This document shows positions 11,101 to 24,800 of a stretch of DNA of 40,453 nucleotides, in pieces (within the stretch, counting starts at the first letter, position 1; the number at the start of each line of letters is the position of its first letter). The stretch is from Catajapyx aquilonaris (lineage: Eukaryota): positions 1-40,453 of the forward strand of contig KZ538915.1 in the NCBI GenBank assembly GCA_000934665.2, in the 5' to 3' direction. Position numbers and translations under genes: made by a program. The notes beneath the pieces were generated by a model. That model was not told where the DNA came from. It was given only the letters and a program-made list of their open reading frames with translations, and made no database searches.

Positions 11101-14100
11101 CTTAGGAACATGTTGCGTGCTGCGATAATTTTTGCCCATGATTTGAACCCGATCCTTCAAGAAACACGTGGATAGTCTGCAGGACATTGCTCGCGACGTC
11201 ACTGTAATAAGAGTGAAAAGGGAGAGGAATTTTCATTTCGTTATTGCATGCGAAATTTTGAAATAAAGTTACAAGGTAGTCTTACGTCGATGATTTTTTT
11301 TTTAATATCCGCAGTGTGGAATGATTTCGCAATCAGGCGTCTTTCCTCGTTGTCTACTTGTCTTGGATTGTTGTCGAGAGTTGCCTTATTGCATGCTGCC
11401 GTGTTATCGCCGGGTGTCGTGGCATTCGATGGAACATTATTACCACGTGCTCTGGGGGAATTGACCGTATATATACTCATTGACGTGCAAGGGTCAGCGC
11501 AACATAACCAGCACAGTCGTAATCTGACTGCTTCCGCACGTGTCGGTGGTAATGCAGCCGCGGTTGTTTTGGCGCGGTGCTTTCGGTGTCGTCGGTTCGA
11601 CCGAACTGGCCCAAATGGGACAGCTGCAAGTGGCGGTGGCGCTGGCGGGGGCGTAACAATTATTATGATGATCACGCGCGTCTCACCTCAGAATTAGGGA
11701 GGGGAAACCCCGGTTGCGGCGTGTGGGCAGTGTATATATGTGCTGCTGTATATTATATCCAATGATGCAAATGTTACTATACTGCTGCTGCTGGTTGAGG
11801 TTCCCCCCGGCAACTGGATCGTGACTTGCATTGTCCAATTGATTTAGGTCGCACAAATAAAATGTGGGTGCATGGGGGTATAAAGCAAGGGGTAGTGGTG
11901 GTGGCATGATGCTGGAGATATACTGCTGGAGGCATCCGGAAGAAGCAGCGATCCTCAGGAGGACGCATCTAAGCGAGTAATTTCCCAGGCGGGCTCCCCC
12001 GTATATCTATATATGGAGCAGTAGTTATTATTGTGGCCAGGGGAGGGACGTAATCCAGGGACTAAGCACTGTACGAGAGAGAAATAATAAAGGAAACTAT
12101 ATATAGTAATGGATAAGCGGATGCAGCAGAGGAAGAGTCGGTGATGCAGTGTGCAGCAGTGCGATGCATGCTGCTGTTGGATGGAATGCTGCATCCCGAT
12201 GCAGTGATGCTACGTATATAGAGGATCGAATAAGGGGTCCATCTCTAAACCGCATTATTATAATCTCAGGCATTGTTTTCAACAGTATAAGGGTGCAAAA
12301 GACTGGAAATTTGCAAAACTGATACGACCCTATATACTGCAGAAGATTAACGCAAAGAACGCAATACGTGCGACTTAATGAGTGCAATAAATTAATTAAT
12401 CCGTATACGATAAACGCAGGCTGTATTGTGCCAAAAATGTTCCGCCAGAAATAACTGTATATATAGTGTCGCATATTACGATGATGATAATAATAATGAC
12501 AATTGTAAGCCAAAATAAAGTCCAGGCAGTATGTGCAGATGCATTAGCTAATCGCATCCTGATGACATTATCGGCATAGTAAACCGAATTAGTAACCAAT
12601 TACTGCCGACGCCCACTGTACAAAAGCGGCATCACCATGCAAGGGGTATACTGATTTGCATACTACAGAGTAGTTGTTTGCGTGTTTGGCATACCTGTGT
12701 GTACAGCACCTGATTCCGGCGTGCTTGGTATGCACTGGTATATTGTACTCCGGAATCAATATGTACCAAACGCAATGGGAGGCTCCCATTGCACCATCAG
12801 AGTCCGTCAACTTGACTCCTGCTTCTGCTCGTTGTTGTCTGGTTTGTTTGTCCACAGACGGCGAATGCGACGAGGGATGTGGACGTCTGATGAAGGCGAT
12901 TAAAAGGCGGGGGCCATTTATGATGAAAGGCCGTGTTGCTGGTGGTGGTGGAAGGGTTGAGGGAAGGGGTACGGGGGTGTCCCTACTTTCCGACCTCATT
13001 ACTGCAGGAATAATAGGTCCTTTAATGATCGCCAGTGGTGTCGAGTAACCAATCAGCCGACAAAGGTAGCCTACAGCCTCGCTACCATCGTCCGATACAG
13101 CATATATAGTATACTGCATATGGCATACAAAGTACACAGGTGTAAAGACAGATCTTTTGCCCCCCCCCGCATGTGCACATTAACTGCCATTTAACAGGGC
13201 TCATTGCTATTCGATCAATGTTCCCCCCTCCCTCCTTTCACTCCTTGAAAGGACCGAGGCACAAAAATTCTTTTCCATCCCCACACACATACTCCACAAT
13301 GCTATATACGGTGTGTACCAGGCATGGCCGACACTTATTGATGCAGTGGAGCTATGTAAACAAGCCGCCCTTTGTTGTGCTGCATCACTTTTAAACTTGG
13401 CGTGTAATAGTATTTGTTCACCTGCTGCTCCGATGGGGCTTCTCGCTGGTTTAACAGTTGGGGTCGCGTTATTGTATATATACCGCCGAGAGCGCTGCAG
13501 TTATTTGGGAATCCGGGGAGCAGCGATGATTGGAATCAATTGGTTGGCCCACCGGAATCGCCTTCAAAGGAACCAATTCCGCTCCCGAGAATGCACTGCT
13601 GACTGCTGCTCCCCATGAGCAGCAGCACAGGTGCACACTGGTGTGTGTTATACTCAAGTCTGGAAAGATTCATTCAACGCGATGGGCGAGTCGTAATTGA
13701 TTGGAATCCATCAAGTTGGTCTGGTCTGCCGAGTGTAACCACCTCCAACCGCAGAGAGAGACCGATACAAATCTGTTCTGTGTAATCTTCCTCCAGTTTT
13801 AATTGCATTTTCCGGCAGATATTTCCCGTCGACCTACATTTGAATGCTGCCAGGTCTCTATGCAAAGGGAGAGAGAGAGAGAGAGAAAAAAAAACGATTC
13901 AAGTTCAAGGAAGAGGCGGTTTTGCACTCTTGCCAGCAGCTTCCCAACGAGGAAACCCCCCCCCCCCCCCCATCCCCTTTCCATCCAGCATCAGACTCTT
14001 CTTCCCAAGCACAACACCCACAACCAACCTCCAGCATTATACACAGAATAATGTGTTGCTGGGCGTGCGTGTATGCAAACCTGCTCGAGTCACTCATGTC

Positions 14101-15903
14101 CGGCTGTTCAGGAGCAGGATTCTCTCTCTCTATACTCTTCTGCTTCCTTATGCTGATGTCACTGCATACTTCGCAGAGGAATCCGCTCCACTTGGACTTG
14201 GGCCCTTTTGCACCACCACCACCACCAGTCTGTGGGGAAGAAACATCCTCTTAATCCGCCTCAATTATTTATTTACTCGCCTTATTTATTGAGTGGGGAG
14301 CCATCAAGCTGCATCATAGAGCTGCATCCTGCTTCCTCAATGAATTATTAATCAGAGAGTGTTTATTAGCAGCACGCCGTTGGAAATGCTGCTTTTGTGC
14401 AGTTGAAGCCGCTCATCCTGTATATATATACCCGGGCCATGCGTGTATAAATGTTGCAAGTGGCGTTTCGCCTGAATTATGAACGGTTTATATACCCGCG
14501 GAATAGGCATTGGTTTTTCAAAAAAAGAGTAGTTGGTGGCAGTACCAAATAAATAGACCCAATGCCGCAAGTTGCATCCATATAAGCTGCCAACCTCCGG
14601 CCACCAGTCAATTCAGAAGTGACCCAGCGACATGATGTGTGCAGCAGTTGCATCGGCATTAATTCGTCATGTAAGCGATTGCGTGTGCAGGCACCGCCCC
14701 CCCATATATAGCTCTTGCTAAATAACTAATATTCGACGGCCGTGACGCCAGACGGGAACTGGCCGCGATGCATATCCGGGATATATATATACGTCATAAT
14801 AAGGTGGTGCTGGGAGCAGGGCAAATGCCTTCTCCATCCATCCAGCAGCAGGGGAAGAGTGATTGTCCCCGAGGTGTGCTGTCACCTGAACATTATTGGG
14901 CAAGTGATGCCAGCACAGGAATACACCATAACACACCATCGTCATTTGAGGTGCCATATCATCGCAGGATTTCTGCCCTATATGTGCTGCTGCTGTGGGA
15001 CGTTTATGCGGACCACAATGCAGCTGGTGTAGTACGTAGTGACCTGGTGCGCCGCCATGCACCATCATGCAGTTGCTGTGCTGCAAGTTATAGTGTGTGC
15101 GTGCTGACTACGACTCCCATGGCACCAATCACGACCTGATTGGGTTACGTGGTCGCAGGGGCCACTTGAGGAAGCCACCAGCAATCAGTTAATTGGTGTA
15201 ACCCTTGGTGTAACCGGAACAATATTGTCCAGCCAATTTCGCCAAATGAACCACCGGTGATTTACCCTCCGTGTATATGATGGAAAAGGAGAAACATTAT
15301 ATGTGCGATTAAGTTTTGGCCATAGGTTGGCACTTTCCTTTCTCCTCCGCCAGCCAGATGGCAACTTGAGTATGGAGAGTTACATAGGATTAGCGATGCT
15401 GAGTCTAGGCTCCGATACCGCGGCCGGGAGGGTAAATTTATTGCTGATGGCTCGCGAATCCCCCCTCTGCCTATACTGCCTGCTGGTGTTTGGGGGCCTA
15501 GTCCTCTCGCCAGATAACTCTTAACAGGTGGGTCGCAATAATTTCTAACGCATGTGCGCGCGATCTGCATAACTTCTCCTATTCGAACCGTGCTTCAGCT
15601 TTACAATCATGGTTGGACAGTGGTCGAAAGAGTCTGGCCATGTGGGGGCCTGTACAGTATAGTATGTCGGTGACAAAATGCGGTTATATGACCGGATGAA
15701 AATAACGGCGCGGAAGTTGGAATAAAGTGCGTATTTGACGCGTCGAAAAACAATCGACGTGAAGCAGCAGTGGCATTCGGGGATCGGCGGTATTCGGACT
15801 GCCGATGCCGCCGGTGCTGTAGGGTGAGTGGAATGCCAATGACCCTCGCGTTGTCTGCCCTCGCGAAACATCTCTCTGAATCTGGATCATGCAAATTCTA
15901 CGG

Positions 15904-15904
<1 letters not shown>

Positions 15905-15940
<36 letters not shown>
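15905..15940. repeat. (GTT)12 microsatellite
   Basis: Read directly. Confidence 0.96.
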
Positions 15941-16569
15941 GGGTAGCACAGTATATGTATAATTATGCAGCGAGAGCCGACACTGACGCATGCCTCATCC
16001 CAGGAATTCCTTGGCTGTCAGCGCTCATCAGCATGTGCTAAAGAAGGCTTCCAGATGCAGTCAAAGTCGCTTTGCAACCTGGATATATGGCGTTTAGTAG
16101 CCAATGAAACGGCGTGGAGCAGCAGCCTTATTCCCGCGGGGACTGTGCAAAAGGCATTAAACTGAAACGCGATAATTCTGCCCCCTCTTTATTATTGCCG
16201 GTGTCTGGCATCCATCCGGGGAGTCATCGTCGGGCATATGCCATCAGTTTAGCAGAAACCAGAGGCTTCCGAGGCCTTCTGAAATGCGTTTCGCGACTCA
16301 CTTGGCATCCAGATTCGCACAAATGTCTCGCGGCAACACACCTGGGATGGATTATGCACGAACCGCTGGTGTCTTAATGATCAGCGTGGTTTTTAAAAAA
16401 AGAACCGTGCCCCCTTCTATACGTTATAGGACACGGTTCTTCCGAGCAAAGTCCGGAATATCCATCACCATTATTTGTCACAGTCCAATTTGGAAGCGAA
16501 AACAACGTGGCGTGAATGAGTCAGGAGCCTGCAATTTTTCACTCTCAAAATGCATCACCCCCCCCCCCC

Positions 16570-16677
16570 NNNNNNNNNNNNNNNNNNNNNNNNNNNNNNN
16601 NNNNNNNNNNNNNNNNNNNNNNNNNNNNNNNNNNNNNNNNNNNNNNNNNNNNNNNNNNNNNNNNNNNNNNNNNNNNN
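16570..16677. other. Assembly gap (108 N)
   Basis: Run of N preceded by poly-C. Confidence 0.99.
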
Positions 16678-19600
16678 TGTATTATAATAAGGGAATGAGG
16701 ACTTGTTGTTTCGGCCTTGCGTTTTGTGCTATTTGTCTATGCTATATAGCTATAGAGTGGATCAGTCTGAGGGCACTGTGTGTGCTGCTCTGTGCGCCTT
16801 GTCTGTGTGGTGGGTGGTATAGGGAAAGGGAAGGGAGGGGGGACCCATCTCTAGAAGAAGAAGAAGAAGTAGCTAGCAAGGGTGGCTAGGTGGCTATTTC
16901 CATCCCGGCTGTTTACCGGGGAGCTAGGCCAGTTCTCGGCCAAGCCAAGCCAACCAACGAACCTCCCCCATCCCCTTCCCTCCCTTCCCCTTCCCTCCCT
17001 TCCCCTTGAACAACCGACGCCTTCTTTCTAAATTTGGGGGGACCAAAAACCCACCTTTCCGACGAAGAATCGACTCATCCAAACACTCACTCACTCAACT
17101 CGACCCCAACATCACAACCTCAGTTGCAAACAAAGACGCAGCTTTGCACGTAACATTTTCGAGAAGCACGCAAATTATTTCTATAGACTCGGAGAGTTAT
17201 TAATTAGCAGGGGTACTCTCCGCGTATAAATCCGGATATTATTGCCAATTGGGTCGGTTGTTATGTTACGTGTGGGGCATGACCACTTGTACAGAAAACG
17301 TTCAGCACTCGAAAAATGCAATCCTAACATACTCTATTTTTAAATAAGCGGACGGTCGGAGCCAGCCTCTTCCCCCCTCCTCCCCTGCCCCCCCCCACCT
17401 CATCCAAAAACAAGTTGAGTACAATGCGAAATAACTGCGAATTACCCTGCTCTCTCGTCTGGCCCTATCAAAATGCCACTACTTGACATAACCCGCCGAA
17501 TAATTCGAGCTGTTGGCAGCATTCCTGGCCAGCAATTTGACCTTTAACAAAAGCACAGGTTTAGTGAGAACTGAATTACGCGGTTATTTTTTAGGCAGGA
17601 ACCAAATTGAAAAACACAGCAGCAGACCCTATAAATGGCAATTAATAGCGTTCATGAGAGGGGTTTTTTTTTCCCCCCTCCCACAGGAAGAGAGTCGGGC
17701 GCATAGTTGCCGTCGGGCGCCTCTTGATTAATTTCCACGGCTCGGTTCTGTTTTCATTTTTTTCCCCCTCTCTGGGTCTCGTGTGTTGCTATACTGCGTT
17801 TAATATTCTCGCATATTAGGTTAGGCAGCGAGATCTGCGCAGGCAACAATGTGATTTTTTGGCTTCATCATAATATTATAGGGATGGTTCGACCCTCGAG
17901 GTGTGTATGATGTGTATGAATGTTGGTTGTAACACACACAAAAAAAACGCGTCGGCGCCGGTTTGACCTTTACTGTATATACCAGGAGCAAGCGTATAGA
18001 GGCGGTCCTCCAAAATTCTTGGCATTTTGTCCCTCGGCCTCAGGTGTGAAGGCCGGGAGTTTTGGGGACACGAGCAGACACCAGTGTGACCTTGGAATGC
18101 GCCAACCCTTCCCCTTTGGAGAATCATTGTGTGCTTCTGCTGCTCTTCAACTATGCTCGTAACCCGAGCAGAGGTTTGTTTTCAAGGGTCTTGACGTGTG
18201 CCGGGGGTGGTGCAGGCGCCCAAAAACCATTTTAATCCGGACCACTCCCTGCCAACATGTAAGATATATAGTACATGCATGGTGCAGGCAGGCAGAGAGG
18301 CGGGTATAATAATAACAATAATATAACAGCGAGATGTACACTCTTTGCCAGGCAGCCTCGTGCGTCATGCGTCATGTCCTGGCCCGTTTGCGACACTGTC
18401 GTCACCAGCACTAGCTGCCACCGTCGCCTATATGCACCGCTGCTGCCAAGAAAACATCAGGAAGGGAAAAGTGCACCACCAGCGCGTGTGACCTCTAATA
18501 TAGGGTGCACCCAAGTTGGCACTCGGATCTCAATATCGCGCGATTCCCGACGTGCCTCTGGAAGCCTTCCAAAATAAGAAAAAGCCACACCCTCCGAAAT
18601 CATAATGTTGCAGTTGAGCAATCGGATTGTGCAACATTACGCCGACTCGCATTTAATGGGGGGTACGCGCAACAGGACAGCTGATCTCTACTATATACTA
18701 TGATGCACATGAGATGACCCTGCAGCGACCAGTTCATTTTAAAAAGCCCTGCATGCAGTGGGGCCATATAGTAGGACCCGAGGATTTCTCGGTTTATTTA
18801 GGCCAGTTCTAATCCAATATTTGCACTGGGCGTACTACTGTCCGATAGCCTGATTTGCAGGTCACCACATGGACTGGCACGCGAACAGTTTTTGTGTGTA
18901 TGCGCACCAGGACGGAAGGAGGATAATGCCAGTCGCGCAGCATACGCTGCTGTCTTATCAAAATGGAATGTGCGTTCAAACTCTCTGTACGTATAGAGGT
19001 AACCCCCACCGAGGTTGAAAAGTGAAGGCTATCCATCCCTATACTTTTGCGATCAGTTATATGCATAGACTGCAGAATGAGTCCCGCATAGCACGATGGC
19101 CGCAACTTATAGAGAGAAAGAAGGGCCAGGTGGGGCATGTATTAACAGGCGTGGCCGGAATGAAGCCTTTCAAAACACCGCTGAGCTCCTTTTCAAACTC
19201 CCTCCACCATCCCATTGTCCGAAGATGATAATTAATAATAACAGTGGAGGCTGCTGCGTGCCTGGTTTGCCCAGAACCTGCTGGCCCATCAGAAAGCCAA
19301 CCCCATCACCATTATATCCTCTCTTCCTCTTCGTATTAGCGTGGCAAGGCGTCCATCGCAGGCTCTTTTGAATACTATATACATGATGGTCAGGTGGAGT
19401 GTGAAAAAAATACTGGCAAAACCGTAATATACCGGAAAGGGTTACACAGGCTGCCTGGATTCGGCATAAAGCATGCTGCTTATTACCATCACCACTCGCA
19501 TGGGCATGATGTGGTGCATTAAACCGCCCCATCCACTTGTTGCCAAACGCATGCGTCTCTCCCTCCTATTCCATCATCCCATTTCCAGCTGCAGCAAAAG

Positions 19601-20125
19601 CAACTCAGGGGATCGCTCATCATCGTGGCACCCCCTGCACGTACTGTGCGTACAGCATAGACACACAGCATGTGGCTGTTTCACCATCATAAACAAGAGC
19701 ACACTCGCTGTTGGCTTGTTGTCTTTTCTTCCTGCCTCACTCCACATCAGACCATCACAATAAGCACATGCTGGGACCACAAAATGTCAAGCGATGCAAT
19801 GGAGGGCAGCGGGATCAGAAGAAAGCGAGTGCAGCAGTCACTGCTCTGATTTCCCAGCCCATTGTGCAAGCTTGATGTGCAATGCAATGCAGTGTTTGTG
19901 TGTATGTGGCGAGTGCGGTTTGTCATGGAGGATGACCGGGGGTCTGGCTGGTTAATGAATGAAATTGGCATCGGATTCATTGCGATCAAAGGCGGTCGAA
20001 ACACAAGCCCCCTGGTTGGTTGGCATCGCATCATGCTGGTCTCTCTGCTGGGTGTGCATGTTGTATATACGTACAGTACGTATATATACACAGAGAGAGT
20101 GAACACAGTGTGTGCAAAAAAAAAA

Positions 20126-20211
20126 ANNNNNNNNNNNNNNNNNNNNNNNNNNNNNNNNNNNNNNNNNNNNNNNNNNNNNNNNNNNNNNNNNNNNNNNNNN
20201 NNNNNNNNNNN
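20126..20211. other. Assembly gap (86 N)
   Basis: Run of N between poly-A and poly-C. Confidence 0.99.
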
Positions 20212-21750
20212 CCCCCCCCCCCCCAATCCCTTCCCCCAAATTTTCCAGTTGCATGATGTTGCGATCGTGGGCGGATCGCATGTCCCGCATCGATTGACGC
20301 TTCTCTCTCTTTTCTCCCATTATTATCCTCGTCTGATTTGTATCGCTTATTCGGCGTGCCTTGCCAGAGCCATCAACTTCCATTCTGCACACCACACAAT
20401 CATCTGAATCTGATTCACCACGAATGAACTGCTGGACACTTCCTGCCTGGAGTTACGCGACTGACACTTTGCCCTGCACAATAATTGCTTCAGTGTCAAT
20501 CACTGCTTGCCGAACACTCTCCAGACAGGCGTTGCTTCTTTGCAATAATTACTGTGGATGTGAGTGCATCTGTCACATTCGGAGTGGAGCAGAACCATGT
20601 CAATTTCATGACACGCACATTCACACTGTGTTATACTCAACAGCAGGTCCTGCCCTGCATTCGCTGGTTGCGTGCATTATTATTTGCAAAATATGAAATG
20701 GAACGACATTTTTGCAACTTGTTGTCTGAATACATCCGTGTCCCGTACTCCGTGCATAATTTCCACCGGATTTAATGAGCGCGACAACTCGATGATTTAC
20801 TGCCAGCAATTTCCCACGTGTAAGTTCCGAGCATTCTGGAAATTATATTACCCATTTATTAATTACCTATGTTTTATGTGATTGGACGCAATGGCTGCAA
20901 GAATGTGCACGTGCCGCAAATGCATGTGCAGGTCGAGCTGTCCCTTACACGGTTCTACCGTATGACATGAGCAAACTGCCCCCTGTAGCCTTCATCCTTC
21001 ATCCTGCGAGTGATGCAACCAATGAGCCTCTTTTGTCTCACACTCTGCCTGCTTCCACGGGGCAGCTGGAACGCCCTTGGAAAAAACCAAACACCGATGG
21101 AAATGACTGTGTGTTGCACGCATTTTGCCCTTCGCCTATACCTGGTATGATACAATCAGTCTGGGGGGAAAAAGGCTGGACTGGCATATCGGGAAATGAC
21201 ACACACACACGCTCTCTCTCTTCTCAGTAACCGGATTGTGCTGACGCGTGTCTGTTTATAAGCCGCATCCGGTTAATCCGATGTGGCCATTCGGACAGAA
21301 ACCCCTCACCTGTCTGTCCGTCCGATGTTGATCTGCTTATCCGAATATATACCTGGTGCCGGTGAGCGCCAATCAAACGCGTCACGCTCCATTTGGCAGA
21401 ATTAACTATCTATATACTGTATAGGATGATGATGATGACGAGCAGCCAGCCAGACGGACGGACGGACGGACGGTGCTTATTATACTCGACGGACTCTGCT
21501 GCTACACAGCAGCGTCGGAGGCACCGAAATATATTATTTGGCGGAAATAACTTCCGCCGGAATGCACATATTACAGTGCAATCAATTGGCCGATCGATCC
21601 CGCACACCCACAACTGCATGCCCTAGGGATATAATCGCGCATTTATATATTTATTGCCCAGATACCTGGCCATTATTGCTCTCCAACTAAACACATCACA
21701 CACCTCATTTATTCCATGCCTCTCCATATTTACACACCTCGCACTGGCCG

Positions 21751-21752
<2 letters not shown>

Positions 21753-21809
<57 letters not shown>

Positions 21810-21834
21810 GTTATTATTATTGTTATTAATTATA
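21753..21834. repeat. (ATA)19 microsatellite followed by an inverted degenerate (TTA)n run
   Basis: ATA units 21753-21809, then G, then TTATTATTATTGTTATTAATTATA. Confidence 0.93.
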
Positions 21835-24800
21835 GTTTGGTCAGATTACAGGAGTGGTTAGAGGGGACGTAATTAAACTGAATGCCATCTCGTTAGACGT
21901 GTAGCTGGCAGCATGACGTGTAAAGGGAAATGGCATTCCCCAAGCCGGCAGTGTCAGGTCTGCCAGATTCCAGAGATAATTTAAAAGTTACATTAAATGC
22001 GAAGTATAACCGGGGGAGGGATGGGGGGAGGGATGGGAGGGAGGGAGAGAGGGATGGGAGGGAGACTGAAAATGGGAAGTTTTGAGGATTCCTGACGAAG
22101 TGGCTGCAGCGCTCAATCATATTTCATTACAGCCTAATTATAAAGCGGAGTTTGTCTGCTGGCGGGGGGAAGGGGACAGGGAAGGGGGGGGGGGAATTAT
22201 TCGCGACTAATAAGTACACTTCGGTGTAGCTTGGAGGAAGGTAAGGGAGGAGAAGGGTGCTTTTGCTTCTCCGATTTCCATCGCAACTTGGCTTTCTCTC
22301 GTTCGAAATGACGTATAGAAGACTTTGAGAGACACCGTCTCTTCAAAGTGATGGCCTGCTGTTTGCACACACACATATATAGGCCAGATGGGCTAATACT
22401 GCGAAACCGAGATGCTCTCGTGGAGCCACAAATCGCATTGAACGCTCCGGTGTGTATCCACACGCGTATCGATTTTACATTTATTTTTTTGTCTACCCCG
22501 CAAGCATTGTCCTAAAAAAGGAGCGGCTAATACCTAGTTGTACAAGTGCGTCGGCCGAGTTGAAAAGTAGGGCACTTGCAAAATGCATGAGTCGGATGGG
22601 CTATGCTCCCAACTTGCATTACCCTTCTCCGGTTATAAAGGCTGGATAAGGAAGGAAGGAAGGAAGGAAGGACGGGAACAAGAAAATATAGGGAAATAAG
22701 GAAGGAATAAACCACCGATCGAGATAAGCCTTTTGTTCTTTCTTAGTCCTTTTTTGTGTACACAAATGGCTTGCATTCATTTCCACGGGGGGATGGCTTG
22801 GAAGTGCATCGACCCTTTGCACAAAAAAGGCTTCATACATGGAAGGGAGGAGGAGGAGAAGGGAAATCAATTTCGACCTAGTCCCGGAGGACAATTCGCG
22901 TTTTCTGGGTCAGATGAGCAAAGGATAATGTAAAAAAAAAGGCGTGCGAGCGAAGAGGTTACGCGGAACATGGCCACGTCACTGATAAAAAAGAGAGAAG
23001 AGGAAAATTGGGTGGGTGGGTGGGGGGGGCTATACAATATCGATGTATGCAGCACATTTCCTGCTCCTCCCCAGGTTCTTTCTGAAGACGGCCAGCATGA
23101 TTCCTTCCCAGGGGGATTATACAACCGTGGGTCGACTCACCTGGCTCAGGTCGTCTGACATTACTCATTCATGAGCCAAACCCCTTTTTTCCCCGGCTTT
23201 AAACCGCCGGAGACCTGCTTTACTTCCTTCATTTCCTCTTCTCTTCTGGCCCAATTTGTTCTCTCCTATACCCTCACCCCACATCCAGACCATCCTCACC
23301 CCTCCTTTTTTTTAAAAAAATAGTGTGTGCGCACAATTCTGGCATCACCTTATATACGGCATGCAAAGTAGGAAAAAACTCATCGGGGAAATTTTCCTCG
23401 CAATTTGGCCAGATTCAACCGCGGCCCTTCTGCTGTATAGTGAGACGTCCACGTTCAAAGTCGCGGAAAGGTTGGAAAGTAGGTCGGCGGTGTCCCGCAT
23501 GAAGATTTCACAAGTTGGGGGCCTTCCTGTAGAGTCAGAAGTGGTTCCTGCTTGCTCCTCTCAATCAAAACTAAAAGAGAGAAAAGGACGAAAGAGTGGT
23601 GAAGGCGGAGTGAAAAATGTGCCTTCTTTCTTTAGCTCAGATTTGATGTCGGACTCTCTTGCCTTTCACACGACTCTTCCTCACTTTTTTTTGCGGGAAA
23701 GGAAAAGGGAGGGGCGAATGAACACAACTCAGACCCTGAGAAAAAGAGAGAGAGAGGGGGGGGGGGGGAAGAAGTGCATTTGCATTTTTGACACTCGCGA
23801 GATTTTTCATAAAATAAAGTGGGGGAGTCCCGAGCAGGTGTCGTTAAATATTAAGGAGCTGCGCCTGGATTGCAGGAATTTGCGATTCAGCACGTCACGG
23901 CCTACAGTATGTCCACGAGGAGAAGTAAGTCACTCGAATATTGGGTTTTATATAATGGAAGTGGCGTCCTTCTTCGGGCATGTCTTACTGCCACTTTCGG
24001 ACGGCAGGAAAAGCGACAGGTGTCCTTGTGGCGACCCAATTCGTCAGGATTCGGTCCGAACTTGCGCCTCCAATAACACTCACTAATGAATGTGGGAGGT
24101 TATGCTGAAAATCTCGATAAAACGCGCATGAAATAATTGGCTATGGATCGGGATGAAAATCGCATGCAAATGACATGTTTTGAACTGTGGCGGCGGCGCA
24201 TAAATTATTCTTCCCGGAACATTACGGCATGTACATCAGACTTCATCGCCAACACGAAAGGAAATGCGTGCAGTACGTTATGTGCTGTCCTGCAGTCGTT
24301 GTCCGCTTGGACGTTTCTCCCAGACTTTGGTGGCATTTGAGGCCCGCATCACGCCCTCTATAAGGAGATATACTGTATATACAAGAGAGAGGTGATGAGC
24401 CAGGGATGGTGCTGGGTCTATTAGGCGGGTTGTTTGCGTCGCCACCAGACAAATGAGGTTTGCAAGGCGGAAATGATGCCGCGGCCACGACACTGCATGC
24501 GCGGGCCTCAAAGGGACGGAGGCCCATTAAAAACCCTTGGAAAAGGAGCCATCAGTACAGGAGGGGAATTATATTAAGCAGCCTGAACTCCCACTCACTC
24601 TTCATAAGTCATATATAGGTAATCAGCCCTATTTTTACGCATTGTCAAGAAATTTATTGCGACACCGAGCCTTGTGGGGATTCTGTCGGGAGACAAGAAT
24701 ATTATTCCGTATATAGGAGGATCGGGATCAATTGGAATGCAAATTGAAGCAAAGGGCAGGGTAATTCGCATTGTCTTCCTTTTGTTGCAGATTCGTGTCC

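Noticed and set aside
17816..17825. TTAGGTTAGG arthropod telomere-like motif
   Set aside because: Only two units; expected by chance.
17886..17896. GGTTCGACCC B-box-like motif (tRNA/SINE?)
   Set aside because: No A box at proper spacing and no cloverleaf.
18809..19138. Minus-strand ORF beginning ...ALLSLYKLRP..YA, a faint LINE thumb echo
   Set aside because: A single weak motif without collinear support.
23325..24086. Longest ORF in the track (253 aa, + strand)
   Set aside because: Non-ATG start, no codon bias, passes through (GA)n and poly-G runs (KREREGGGG), and has no recognisable motif; a chance ORF.
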